Assembly: GCA_947085315.1 (NCBI GenBank)
Contig: CAMTVW010000010.1
Location: 58,005 to 122,004, forward strand
Origin: an uncultured Sphingomonas sp.
Lineage (GTDB): Bacteria; Pseudomonadota; Alphaproteobacteria; Sphingomonadales; Sphingomonadaceae
Length of the DNA stretch: 64,000 bases
Reading direction: 5' to 3'
Within the stretch, counting starts at the first letter, position 1. Every line of letters begins with the position of its first letter. The position numbers and the translations under genes were made by a program. Shown piece after piece: positions 22,018 to 31,398 of this stretch. Below the pieces are notes generated by a model. That model had not been told where the DNA came from, searched no databases, and saw only the letters and a program-made list of their open reading frames with translations.

Positions 22018-22704
22018 ATGACGCCTAGCGAGCTAGCAGCGCTGCTGCCGAAGACGAGCGTCTTTGGCGACTGCACGGATGCCGAACTCGCCGACATCCT
22101 GGCGATCGGCAAGATCCAGACGACGCGCGCCAATGACGAGCTGTTGAGCCAGGGCGACGAGGGTACCTCGCTGCTGATCGTGCTCGACGGAGTCGTGCGC
22201 ATCTCGATGGTGACCCCCAATGGCCGCGAGATCATCCTCGACTATGCCGAGGCCGGGGCCGTGCTGGGCGAGATCGCGGTGCTCGACGATCAGCCGCGCA
22301 CCGCCGCCGCCACAGCGATGTGGGCCGGCCGCGTGCTGCGCATATCGCGCGCGCATTTCTTCACCTTCATCGAACGTCATCCGCGCGTCGCGTTGCGTCT
22401 GCTGCGCGAAATGGCACGGCGCCTGCGCGAAACCGATGCGACGATCGAGAGCGACCGCGCCTTCACCACCGCGCCGCGCCTGGCCCGCTATCTCAAGCGA
22501 CTCACCGACCAGAAGATGGCGGGCACCCGCCTCACCCGCGATCTCAGCCAGTCCGAGCTGGGCAGCTTCGTCGGCATCAGCCGCGAGAATATCAACCGCC
22601 AGCTCGCCGCATGGGCGAGCGAGGGCGTGATCGAACTGACCCAGGGCAAGATCCGCATCATCGACCCCGATTATCTGACCCAGATCGCCGAGGCGATGGA
22701 TTGA
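22018..22704 (+). CDS. Crp/Fnr-family transcriptional regulator
   Basis: cNMP-binding GEIAVLDDQPRTA and C-terminal HTH SQSELGSFVGISRENINR. Confidence 0.9.
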   Translation: MTPSELAALLPKTSVFGDCTDAELADILAIGKIQTTRANDELLSQGDEGTSLLIVLDGVVRISMVTPNGREIILDYAEAGAVLGEIAVLDDQPRTAAATAMWAGRVLRISRAHFFTFIERHPRVALRLLREMARRLRETDATIESDRAFTTAPRLARYLKRLTDQKMAGTRLTRDLSQSELGSFVGISRENINRQLAAWASEGVIELTQGKIRIIDPDYLTQIAEAMD

Positions 22705-22707
22705 AAA

Positions 22708-22852
22708 ATCCTCCCTGGCGAAGCCGGGGAGGGGGACCGCGCGAAGCGTGGTGGAGGGGTTTTCCGACAATGAAGCTGGCGCCGGTGTTGAGGTCGCAGG
22801 CCCCTCCACCACCTGCGGTGGTCCCCCTCCCCATGCTTCGCATAGGGAGGAT
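22708..22852. repeat. Family C paired palindromic element upstream of trpF
   Basis: atcctccctggcgaagccggggagggggaccgcgcgaagcgtggtggagggg ... cccctccaccacctgcggtggtccccctccccatgcttcgcatagggaggat. Confidence 0.88.
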
Positions 22853-22900
22853 CTTTACGACGACTTGACCTTCGCCCCCCACAAGCCGACATGCCGCCCC

Positions 22901-23545
22901 ATGAACCGCGTCAACGCCAAGATCTGCGGGCTTTCGACCCCCGACACGCTCGGTACCGCGATCCGGCACGGCACCGCGCATGTCGGTTTCATCTTCTTCC
23001 CGAAAAGCCCGCGCCATGTGACCTTCGAGCAGGCCGCCGCGCTCACAGCGCAGGTGCCGCCGCATGTCGGCAAGGTCGGCGTGTTCGTCGATGCCGATGA
23101 CGCGCTGATCGACGAAGCGGTGCTGATCGCAGGGATCGACACGGTCCAGCTCCACGGCAAGGAATCGCCCGAGCGGCTGGCGGGGCTGCGCATGCGCCAC
23201 CCGGGCGTCGGCCTGTGGAAGGCAATTTCCATCCGTACCCGCGCCGACCTCGACACGGCGCGCAACTATCGGACGGTCGCCGACCTGATCCTTTATGACG
23301 CCAAGACCCCCGAGGGCACATTGCCTGGCGGCATGGGGCTGCGCTTCGACTGGACGCTCCTCGACGGCTTCGCCCATCCCCAGCGCTGGGCACTGTCGGG
23401 CGGGATCGACGCCGGCAATGTCGTCGACGCCGCAGCGCGAACCGGAGCGCGGCTGATCGACGTCAGTTCGGGTGTCGAAAGCGCGGCGGGCATCAAGGAT
23501 GTGGACAAGATCGCCGCCTTCCTTCAACGGATCGCCTCATTATGA
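22901..23545 (+). CDS. trpF: Phosphoribosylanthranilate isomerase
   Basis: [22 protein letters not shown] and DVSSGVE motifs. Confidence 0.95.
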   Translation: MNRVNAKICGLSTPDTLGTAIRHGTAHVGFIFFPKSPRHVTFEQAAALTAQVPPHVGKVGVFVDADDALIDEAVLIAGIDTVQLHGKESPERLAGLRMRHPGVGLWKAISIRTRADLDTARNYRTVADLILYDAKTPEGTLPGGMGLRFDWTLLDGFAHPQRWALSGGIDAGNVVDAAARTGARLIDVSSGVESAAGIKDVDKIAAFLQRIASL

Positions 23546-24759
23546 CCACGACCATCCCAAACACGCTGCGCGCAGGCCCCGACGAAGACGGCTTTTTCGG
23601 CAAGTATGGCGGCCGCTTCGTCAGCGAGACGCTGATGCCGCTGATCCTCGACCTCGAACGCGAATATCGCGCGGCGCAGATCGACCCTGCCTTCAAGGCC
23701 GAGCTCGACGGGCTGATGACCCATTATGTCGGCCGCCCGAGCCCGCTCTATTTCGCCGAGCGGCTGACCGAGCATCTCGGCGGCGCGAAAATCTATCTGA
23801 AGCGCGAAGAACTGAACCACACCGGCGCGCACAAGATCAACAATTGCATCGGCCAGATCCTGCTCGCCCGCCGGATGGGCAAGACCCGGATCATCGCCGA
23901 GACCGGCGCGGGATCGCACGGGGTGGCCACGGCCACCGTCGCGGCGCGCTTCGGCCTGCCCTGCACGATCTTCATGGGCGCGGTCGATGTCGAGCGGCAG
24001 CAGCCCAATGTCTTCCGGATGAAGCTGCTCGGTGCCGAGGTCCAGCCGGTCACCTCGGGCGCGCAGACGCTGAAGGACGCGATGAACGAGGCGCTGCGCG
24101 ACTGGGTCGCGAACGTCCACGACACCTTCTACATCATCGGTACGGTCGCGGGGCCGCATCCCTATCCCGAACTGGTGCGCGATTTCCAGTCGGTGATCGG
24201 CCGTGAGGCGCGCGAGCAGATCATCGCCGCCGAAGGCCGCCTGCCCGACCTTTTGGTCGCGGCGGTGGGCGGCGGATCGAACGCGCTCGGCCTGTTCCAT
24301 CCCTTCCTCGATGACCCATCGGTCAAGATGCTCGGCGCCGAGGCGGCCGGCTACGGCATTGATTCGGGCCAGCATGCCGCGAGCCTCGCGGGCGGCAGCC
24401 CCGGCGTGCTTCACGGCAACCGCACCTATCTGCTCCAGGACGAAGACGGCCAGATCACCGAGGCGCACTCGATCTCGGCCGGGCTCGATTATCCCGGGAT
24501 CGGCCCCGAACATAGCTGGCTCCACGATATTGGCCGGGTTGAATATGTGCCGATCACCGATGCCGAAGCGGTCGCCAGCTTCCAGCTGCTTGCCCGGCTG
24601 GAGGGCATCATCCCCGCACTCGAAACCGCGCACGCGCTGGCCGCGGTCGAGAAGATCGCGCCGGGCATGGGCCGCGATCAGATCATCATCATCAACCTGT
24701 CGGGCCGCGGCGACAAGGACATCCCCACCATCGCCAAGGCGCAGGGGGTGACGATATGA
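23542..24759 (+). CDS. trpB: Tryptophan synthase beta chain
   Basis: [20 protein letters not shown] and [13 protein letters not shown] motifs. Confidence 0.97.
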   Translation: MTTTIPNTLRAGPDEDGFFGKYGGRFVSETLMPLILDLEREYRAAQIDPAFKAELDGLMTHYVGRPSPLYFAERLTEHLGGAKIYLKREELNHTGAHKINNCIGQILLARRMGKTRIIAETGAGSHGVATATVAARFGLPCTIFMGAVDVERQQPNVFRMKLLGAEVQPVTSGAQTLKDAMNEALRDWVANVHDTFYIIGTVAGPHPYPELVRDFQSVIGREAREQIIAAEGRLPDLLVAAVGGGSNALGLFHPFLDDPSVKMLGAEAAGYGIDSGQHAASLAGGSPGVLHGNRTYLLQDEDGQITEAHSISAGLDYPGIGPEHSWLHDIGRVEYVPITDAEAVASFQLLARLEGIIPALETAHALAAVEKIAPGMGRDQIIIINLSGRGDKDIPTIAKAQGVTI

Positions 24760-25583
24760 GCCGCCCCATGACCCGCATTGCCGCCACCTTCGCCCGCACC
24801 CGCGCCGAAGGGCGCGCGGCGCTGATCGCATTCGTCACCGGCGGCGACCCGAGCCCGGCCGATACCGGCGCGATCCTCGACGCGCTGGTCGCAGGCGGCG
24901 CCGACGTGATCGAACTGGGCATGCCCTTCACCGATCCGATGGCCGACGGCCCTGCGATCCAGCGCGCCAATCTGCGCGCGCTGGCGGCGGGGACCACCAC
25001 CGCCGACCTGCTCGGCATCGCAACCGCATTCCGCGCCCGCCACCCCGACGTGCCACTGGTGCTGATGGGCTATGCCAATCCGATGGTCCGTCGCGGCCCC
25101 GACTGGTTCGCCGCCGAGGCCAGCAAGGCCGGGGTCGACGGGGTGATCTGCGTCGACATCCCCCCCGAAGCCGATCCCGCGCTCGGCCCTGCGCTGCGCG
25201 CCGCCGGAATCGACCTTGTCCGCCTCGCCACCCCGACCACCGACGCGGCGCGGCTGCCCGCCGTGCTCGATGGCGCGTCGGGCTTCCTCTATTATGTCTC
25301 GGTGGCGGGGATCACCGGCATGCAGCAGGCCGGCCAGGCGAGCATCGAGGCGGCGGTCGCGCGCTTCAAGGCGGCGACCGACTTGCCCGTCGCGGTCGGC
25401 TTCGGCGTGCGCGGTCCCGAACAGGCCGAGGCGATCGGCCGGGTCGCCGACGGCGTCGTCGTCGGTTCGGCGATCGTCGATCTGGTGAGCGAGCATGGCG
25501 CCAGCGCCGCGGGGCCGGTTCGCGAATTCATCTCGACCCTCAGTGCGGCCGTGCGGCGCGGCGCCAGGGAGAAGGCGGCATGA
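24756..25583 (+). CDS. trpA: Tryptophan synthase alpha chain
   Basis: [24 protein letters not shown] and GFG motifs. Confidence 0.96.
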   Translation: MSRPMTRIAATFARTRAEGRAALIAFVTGGDPSPADTGAILDALVAGGADVIELGMPFTDPMADGPAIQRANLRALAAGTTTADLLGIATAFRARHPDVPLVLMGYANPMVRRGPDWFAAEASKAGVDGVICVDIPPEADPALGPALRAAGIDLVRLATPTTDAARLPAVLDGASGFLYYVSVAGITGMQQAGQASIEAAVARFKAATDLPVAVGFGVRGPEQAEAIGRVADGVVVGSAIVDLVSEHGASAAGPVREFISTLSAAVRRGAREKAA

Positions 25584-26434
25584 GCTGGCTCGATCGTGTC
25601 CGCAAGAAGATCCCGTTCATCGCCAGGCGCGAGTCGCCCGACAATCTCTGGCACAAATGCCCGTCGTGCCAGCAGATGATCTTCGCCCGCGAATATGAGG
25701 AGAATCTGTCGGTCTGCCCGAAATGCGGACATCATGGCCGGATCGGGCCCGATGCGCGGTTCGACCAGCTGTTCGACAATGGCGTCTACACCCCGCTGCC
25801 GAGCCCGCAGGTGCGCGAGGATCCGCTGAAATTCCGCGACACCAAGCGCTACTCCGATCGCATCAAGGACGCCCGGTCGAAGACCGGCGAGCAGGACGCG
25901 CTGATCAATGCGCGCGGCACGATCGAGGGCTTCAGGGCGGTCGTCGGCGTCCAGGACTTCGCCTTCATGGGCGGATCGATGGGGCTGGCAGTGGGAGCGG
26001 CCTTCGTCGCCGGCGTTCAGGCGGCGATCGCCGATAAATGCCCCTATATCATCTTCACCGCGGCCGGCGGTGCGCGCATGCAGGAGGGTATCCTCTCGCT
26101 GATGCAGATGCCGCGAACCACCGTCGCGATCGCCCAGCTGCGCGAGGCGGGACTGCCCTATATCGTCGTGATGACCGATCCCACCACCGGCGGCGTCACC
26201 GCCTCCTATGCGATGCTCGGCGACATCCAGATCTCCGAGCCCGGCGCGCTGATCGGTTTCGCGGGCCAACGGGTGATCGAACAGACGATCCGCGAGAAGC
26301 TCCCCGAAGGCTTCCAGCGCGCCGAATATCTGCTCGACCACGGCATGCTCGACATGGTCGTCACCCGCCACAATCTGCGCGCCGAACTGGCCCGGCTGAT
26401 CGACTATCTCTGCCCGGGGAAGCAGGCGGCGTGA
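25580..26434 (+). CDS. accD: Acetyl-CoA carboxylase carboxyltransferase beta subunit
   Basis: WHKCPSC...VCPKC zinc finger, [25 protein letters not shown]. Confidence 0.97.
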   Translation: MSWLDRVRKKIPFIARRESPDNLWHKCPSCQQMIFAREYEENLSVCPKCGHHGRIGPDARFDQLFDNGVYTPLPSPQVREDPLKFRDTKRYSDRIKDARSKTGEQDALINARGTIEGFRAVVGVQDFAFMGGSMGLAVGAAFVAGVQAAIADKCPYIIFTAAGGARMQEGILSLMQMPRTTVAIAQLREAGLPYIVVMTDPTTGGVTASYAMLGDIQISEPGALIGFAGQRVIEQTIREKLPEGFQRAEYLLDHGMLDMVVTRHNLRAELARLIDYLCPGKQAA

Positions 26435-26439
26435 ATAGC

Positions 26440-26554
26440 CCCCCTCCCTGCCAAGGGAGGGGTTGGGGGTGGGTCATGCCGCTGGGTGTGGCTCACCGAT
26501 TTTCCGCCGCCCGGGGCCTGACCCACCCCAACCCCTCCCTTGGCAGGGAGGGGG
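26440..26554. repeat. Family D paired palindromic element at the accD-folC junction
   Basis: ccccctccctgccaagggaggggttgggggtgggt ... acccaccccaacccctcccttggcagggaggggg. Confidence 0.88.
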
Positions 26555-26561
26555 TTTCTTG

Positions 26562-27887
26562 ATGCCCGACCACGCCACCTCCTCCGATCCTGCGGTCCAG
26601 GCGCAGCTAAATCGGCTGTCGCTGCTGTCGCCCGGCGCCGACATTCTCGGGCTGGAGAGAATCGCGCAGCTGTGCGAGCGGCTCGGCCATCCCGAGCGCG
26701 GCTTGCCCCCCGTGCTCCATGTCGCGGGGACCAACGGCAAGGGATCGACCTGCGCCTATCTCCGCGCCGCGATCGAGGCCGCGGGGATGTCGGCACATGT
26801 CTTCACCAGCCCGCACCTGATCCGCTTCAACGAGCGTATCCGCGTCGCCGGCAAGCTGATCGAGGATGCCGAACTCGCACCGCTGCTCGCCGAAGTGATC
26901 GCGGTCGGCGGCGACATTGGCGCGAGCTTCTTCGAGGTGACCACCGCCGCCGCCCTGCTCGCCTTCAGCCGGACACCCGCCGACGCCTGCATCATCGAGG
27001 TCGGACTGGGGGGGCGGCTCGATGCGACCAATATCATCCCCGCCCCACTGGTCTGCGGGATTGCCCAGCTCGGGCTCGACCATCAGAGCTTCCTGGGCGA
27101 CACGATCGAGGCGATCGCCGCCGAGAAGGCCGGGATCGCCAAGCCCGGGGTGCCGATCATCACGCTCCATTATCCGGCTACCGTCGCCAATCAGGTCGGC
27201 GCGACGATCGCGGCGGCGGGCGCCGAGTGGCACGTCAAGGGCGGCTCCTGGGACGCTGTCGCCTATCAGGCCCGGCTTCATTACCGCGATGCGCAGGGCA
27301 AGCTCGATCTGCCGCTGCCCGGGCTCGCCGGTCAGCATCAGGCGCAGAACGCCGCGCTCGCAGTGGCGATGCTGCGCCATCAGGATGCGCTGGCGATCCC
27401 CGCCTCGGCGTTGCGCGCGGCGATGGGATGGGCCGACTGGCCCGCGCGGCTCCAGCATCTGCGCGGCGGCGCGCTGGTGGACCGGCTGCCGACGGGCGCC
27501 GAGCTATGGGTCGACGGCGGGCATAACCCCTCGGCGGGACGGGTGATTGGCGACTTTCTGCGCGGTCATATCGCGCCGGGCCGGCCGCTCCACATCGTCA
27601 TGGGCCTGCTCGCCAACAAGGACGCCGCCGGCTTCCTGGCGGCGATGGGCCAGCTGCCCGCGCGCTTCCACATGGTCCCGGTGCCGGGCCACGACCACCA
27701 CCCCCCCGCGACCCTCACCGAAACCGCACGACTCGCCAGCTTCCGCGCGGGGCCCGCGATCGATGTCGCCGCGGCATTGGCGACAATCGCAGCCGCACCG
27801 GGCGAACTGCCACCAGTGGTGCTGATCGCGGGCTCGCTCTATCTGGCCGGTCGGGTGCTGGAGGCGAACGGGACCGTGATCGACTGA
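26562..27887 (+). CDS. folC: Bifunctional folylpolyglutamate/dihydrofolate synthase
   Basis: HVAGTNGKGST, FTSPHL, EVGLGGRLDATN, DGGHN and GSLYL motifs. Confidence 0.95.
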   Translation: MPDHATSSDPAVQAQLNRLSLLSPGADILGLERIAQLCERLGHPERGLPPVLHVAGTNGKGSTCAYLRAAIEAAGMSAHVFTSPHLIRFNERIRVAGKLIEDAELAPLLAEVIAVGGDIGASFFEVTTAAALLAFSRTPADACIIEVGLGGRLDATNIIPAPLVCGIAQLGLDHQSFLGDTIEAIAAEKAGIAKPGVPIITLHYPATVANQVGATIAAAGAEWHVKGGSWDAVAYQARLHYRDAQGKLDLPLPGLAGQHQAQNAALAVAMLRHQDALAIPASALRAAMGWADWPARLQHLRGGALVDRLPTGAELWVDGGHNPSAGRVIGDFLRGHIAPGRPLHIVMGLLANKDAAGFLAAMGQLPARFHMVPVPGHDHHPPATLTETARLASFRAGPAIDVAAALATIAAAPGELPPVVLIAGSLYLAGRVLEANGTVID

Positions 27888-27905
27888 ACCATCGGCCACA
27901 CTGTA

Positions 27906-27924
27906 ATTGCGATTGACTTGCAAT
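27906..27924. promoter_or_regulatory. Fur-alpha-like iron box ATTGCGATTGACTTGCAAT
   Basis: 19-bp imperfect 9-1-9 palindrome resembling the TGCGA-N5-TCGCA core of alphaproteobacterial Fur boxes; 42 bp before the next ATG. Confidence 0.55.
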
Positions 27925-27966
27925 AGCGATAATGCTCTTTTCCGGCCCGCCGAGAGGAGAGACGAT

Positions 27967-28398
27967 ATGTCCGACGAAACCGCAACCGACCGCCTTTTGC
28001 CGCATCGCGCGCCCGACGACGATAGCGGTGCGCGGATCCTTCTTCAGACGGTGCGCCGGATCGGCATCGGCGGGCTCAATGACGCCTATGCCGCCAGCCT
28101 GATGATGGGCGCGTTCGGCAAATCCTTCCGCCGCCCTCTGATCCTCGCCCGCGCGCTGATGGCCGAACTGGCGCGCGCCTCGCACAAGCCGATTATGATC
28201 GCGCCGTCCTGCTGCTGCCGGATGACGGGCGGCGAAGCGATACTGCTGCGCGCGGCTACGCTGGCGACCGCGGACCCGCGGCTGTCGCATGATCTGCTAT
28301 GCTCTCTGTGCGGAATCGAGAACGGCATCGGCATCCTCTCCAGCACCCAGGCGCTCGGCCAGGCGTTCGCCGATCTTGGACGGCCGATCGAGGTTTAA
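27967..28398 (+). CDS. Cys-rich hypothetical protein (DUF6628-like)
   Basis: SD GAGGAG; FRRPLILARALMAEL...IAPSCCCRMT; family name from recall only. Confidence 0.7.
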   Translation: MSDETATDRLLPHRAPDDDSGARILLQTVRRIGIGGLNDAYAASLMMGAFGKSFRRPLILARALMAELARASHKPIMIAPSCCCRMTGGEAILLRAATLATADPRLSHDLLCSLCGIENGIGILSSTQALGQAFADLGRPIEV

Positions 28399-28517
28399 TT
28401 TCCGTCCATCCTGCCGAGGGGTTCAGGCCCGGCATATCCGGCCCTCCGCCCTTTCGCTAACCCACACCCGTCGCTATATCCCTGTTGAATCTCGCATTTG
28501 CAGCATAGGGTATAGCT

Positions 28518-31202
28518 ATGACGGCCGTTGGTCAGGACACCCTCAAGACCCGTTCCACCCTCAACGTCGACGGCAGGCATTATGCCTATTACTCGCTCGC
28601 GAAGGCGGCCGGGAAATTGGGCGATATTTCTCGCCTGCCCTTCTCGATGAAGGTGCTGCTCGAAAATCTGCTGCGTTTCGAGGACGGGGTTACCGTCTCG
28701 GTCGAGGACATCCAGGCGATCGTCGACTGGCAGAAGGAGCGCAAGTCCGAGCGCGAGATCCAGTATCGCCCGGCGCGCGTGCTGATGCAGGATTTCACCG
28801 GTGTCCCCTGTGTGGTCGATCTGGCGGCGATGCGCGACGCGATGACCGCGCTTGGCGGCGACGCCCACAAGATCAACCCGCTCGTCCCCGTCCACCTCGT
28901 CATCGATCATTCGGTGATGGTCGACAGCTTCGGCACGCCCCAGGCGTTCGATGAGAATGTCGCGCTCGAATATGCCCGCAACGGCGAGCGTTACGAATTC
29001 CTCCGCTGGGGTTCGAAGGCGCTCAACAACTTCAAGGTCGTGCCACCCGGCACCGGCATCTGCCACCAGGTCAATCTCGAGAATCTGGCCCAGACTGTCT
29101 GGAGCTCTCCCGATGGCTCGGGCGTCGATGTAGCCTATCCCGACACATGCGTCGGTACCGACAGCCACACGACGATGATCAACGGGCTGGGCGTGCTCGG
29201 CTGGGGCGTCGGCGGGATCGAGGCCGAGGCCGCGATGCTCGGCCAGCCGGTGTCGATGCTGATCCCCGAAGTCGTCGGCTTCAAGCTTTCGGGCACGATG
29301 GTCGAAGGCATCACCGCGACCGATCTGGTGCTGACCGTCACCCAGATGCTCCGCGCCAAGGGCGTGGTCGGCCGCTTCGTCGAATTTTACGGCCCCGGCC
29401 TCGACTCGCTGTCACTCGCCGACCGCGCGACGATCGCCAATATGGCGCCCGAATATGGCGCGACCTGCGGCTTTTTCCCGATCGACGACGCGACCCTCGT
29501 CTATCTGCGCCTCACCGGCCGCCCCGCCGAGACGATCGCGCTGGTCGAGGCCTATTCGAAGGAGCAGGGCCTCTGGCGCGACGCGACCGCGCCCGATCCG
29601 GTGTTCACCGACAGCCTCGAGCTCGACATGTCGACCGTCCAGCCGTCGATGGCCGGCCCGAAGCGCCCGCAGGACCGCGTGCTGCTGTCGTCGGTCGACG
29701 AAGGTTTCAACAATGAGCTCGCCTCGGGCTACAAAAAGGGCGACGAGGGCGACAAGCGGGTCGAGGTTGAAGGCGAAGACTTCACGATCGGCCATGGCGA
29801 CGTGGTGATCGCCGCGATCACGAGCTGCACCAACACGTCGAACCCATCCGTGATGATCGCCGCCGGCCTCGTCGCGCGCAAAGCCAATGCCTATGGCCTG
29901 AAGGCGAAGCCCTGGGTCAAGACCAGCCTCGCACCGGGTTCGCAGGTCGTCACCGACTATCTCGCGCGCGCCGGCCTGCAGGGCGATCTCGATGCCGTCG
30001 GGTTCAACCTGGTCGGCTATGGATGCACCACCTGCATCGGCAATTCGGGCCCGCTCGCGGATCCGATCTCGAAGGCGATCAACGGCAATGATCTGGTCGC
30101 GTCGGCGGTGCTGTCGGGCAACCGCAACTTCGAAGGCCGCGTATCACCCGACGTGCGCGCCAATTATCTGGCGTCGCCGCCACTGGTCGTCGCCTATTCG
30201 ATCTTCGGCACCACCGCGAAAGACATCACCAAGGATCCGATCGGCACCACCGGAGAGGGCAAGCCCGTTTATCTGAAGGATATCTGGCCGACCACCGCCG
30301 AGGTGGCGAACACCGTCGCCGCCGCGATCGACAGCGAGATGTTCAAGAGCCGCTATGCCAATGTCTTCCTGGGCGACAAGAACTGGCAGGCGATCGAGGT
30401 CGAGGGTTCGGACACCTATAGCTGGCGCGCCGGTTCGACCTATGTTGCCAACCCGCCCTATTTCGAGGGCATGTCGATGACCCCGGCCGCAGTGCGGGAC
30501 ATCATCGACGCGCGTCCGCTCGCGATCTTCGCCGACTCGATCACGACCGACCACATCAGCCCGGCGGGCTCGATCAAGGTGGACAGCCCGGCAGGCCGCT
30601 TCCTGCTCGAGCATCAGGTCTCGAAGGCGGACTTCAACAGCTATGGCGCGCGCCGTGGCCATCATGACGTGATGATGCGCGGCACCTTCGCCAATATCCG
30701 CATCAGGAACCAGATGATCCCCGGTATCGAAGGCGGGATGACCAGGCACATCCCGACCGGCGAAGTGATGGCGATCTTCGACGCGGCGATGAAATATAAG
30801 GACGAGGGCACCCCGCTGGTCGTCATCGCCGGCAAGGAATATGGCACCGGATCGTCGCGCGACTGGGCGGCGAAGGGCACCAACCTGCTCGGCGTCCGCG
30901 CGGTGATCACCGAGAGCTTCGAGCGCATCCACCGCTCGAACCTTGTCGGCATGGGCGTGCTGCCGCTGCAGTTCGCCGAAGGGGTCGATCGCAACACGCT
31001 CAAGCTCGACGGCACCGAGACCTTCACGATCGAAAATGTCGCCGGCCTGCGCCCGCGCCAGGCCGTCACCGTCAAGCTCACCCGCGCCGACGGCTCGACC
31101 GAGAGTTTCGAGACGAAGTGCCGGATCGATACCGTCAACGAGCTCGAATATTTCCTCAACGGCGGCATCCTCCACTACGTGCTGCGCAAGCTCGCAGCGT
31201 AA
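28518..31202 (+). CDS. acnA: Aconitate hydratase A
   Basis: [35 protein letters not shown] and [13 protein letters not shown] motifs. Confidence 0.98.
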   Translation: MTAVGQDTLKTRSTLNVDGRHYAYYSLAKAAGKLGDISRLPFSMKVLLENLLRFEDGVTVSVEDIQAIVDWQKERKSEREIQYRPARVLMQDFTGVPCVVDLAAMRDAMTALGGDAHKINPLVPVHLVIDHSVMVDSFGTPQAFDENVALEYARNGERYEFLRWGSKALNNFKVVPPGTGICHQVNLENLAQTVWSSPDGSGVDVAYPDTCVGTDSHTTMINGLGVLGWGVGGIEAEAAMLGQPVSMLIPEVVGFKLSGTMVEGITATDLVLTVTQMLRAKGVVGRFVEFYGPGLDSLSLADRATIANMAPEYGATCGFFPIDDATLVYLRLTGRPAETIALVEAYSKEQGLWRDATAPDPVFTDSLELDMSTVQPSMAGPKRPQDRVLLSSVDEGFNNELASGYKKGDEGDKRVEVEGEDFTIGHGDVVIAAITSCTNTSNPSVMIAAGLVARKANAYGLKAKPWVKTSLAPGSQVVTDYLARAGLQGDLDAVGFNLVGYGCTTCIGNSGPLADPISKAINGNDLVASAVLSGNRNFEGRVSPDVRANYLASPPLVVAYSIFGTTAKDITKDPIGTTGEGKPVYLKDIWPTTAEVANTVAAAIDSEMFKSRYANVFLGDKNWQAIEVEGSDTYSWRAGSTYVANPPYFEGMSMTPAAVRDIIDARPLAIFADSITTDHISPAGSIKVDSPAGRFLLEHQVSKADFNSYGARRGHHDVMMRGTFANIRIRNQMIPGIEGGMTRHIPTGEVMAIFDAAMKYKDEGTPLVVIAGKEYGTGSSRDWAAKGTNLLGVRAVITESFERIHRSNLVGMGVLPLQFAEGVDRNTLKLDGTETFTIENVAGLRPRQAVTVKLTRADGSTESFETKCRIDTVNELEYFLNGGILHYVLRKLAA

Positions 31203-31211
31203 GGAGTTTCT

Positions 31212-31319
31212 CCCTCCCCTTCAGGGGAGGGGTCGGGGGTGGGGGCTTTCCTCCATTCCGACCCCGGTCTCGGTGAGACGCGGATGCCCCACCCCATCCC
31301 CTCCCCTTCAGGGGAGGGG
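31212..31319. repeat. Family D paired palindromic element after acnA
   Basis: ccctccccttcaggggaggggtcgggggtgggg ... ccccaccccatcccctccccttcaggggagggg. Confidence 0.88.
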
Positions 31320-31328
31320 CCAAATAGG

Positions 31329-31365
31329 AAAAGGGCCGGTCCGCATCGCGCGGGCCGGCCCTTTT
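31329..31365. terminator. Bidirectional intrinsic terminator between convergent acnA and acnB
   Basis: AAAAGGGCCGGTCCGC-atcgc-GCGGGCCGGCCCTTTT-type GC stem with A and T flanks. Confidence 0.75.
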
Positions 31366-31398
31366 CATACTGTTTCAGAATCCGATGGACCGGGACCC

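Noticed and set aside
22705-22900. trp attenuator upstream of trpF
   Set aside because: No Trp-rich leader peptide; the hairpins are a family C repeat also found at unrelated loci.
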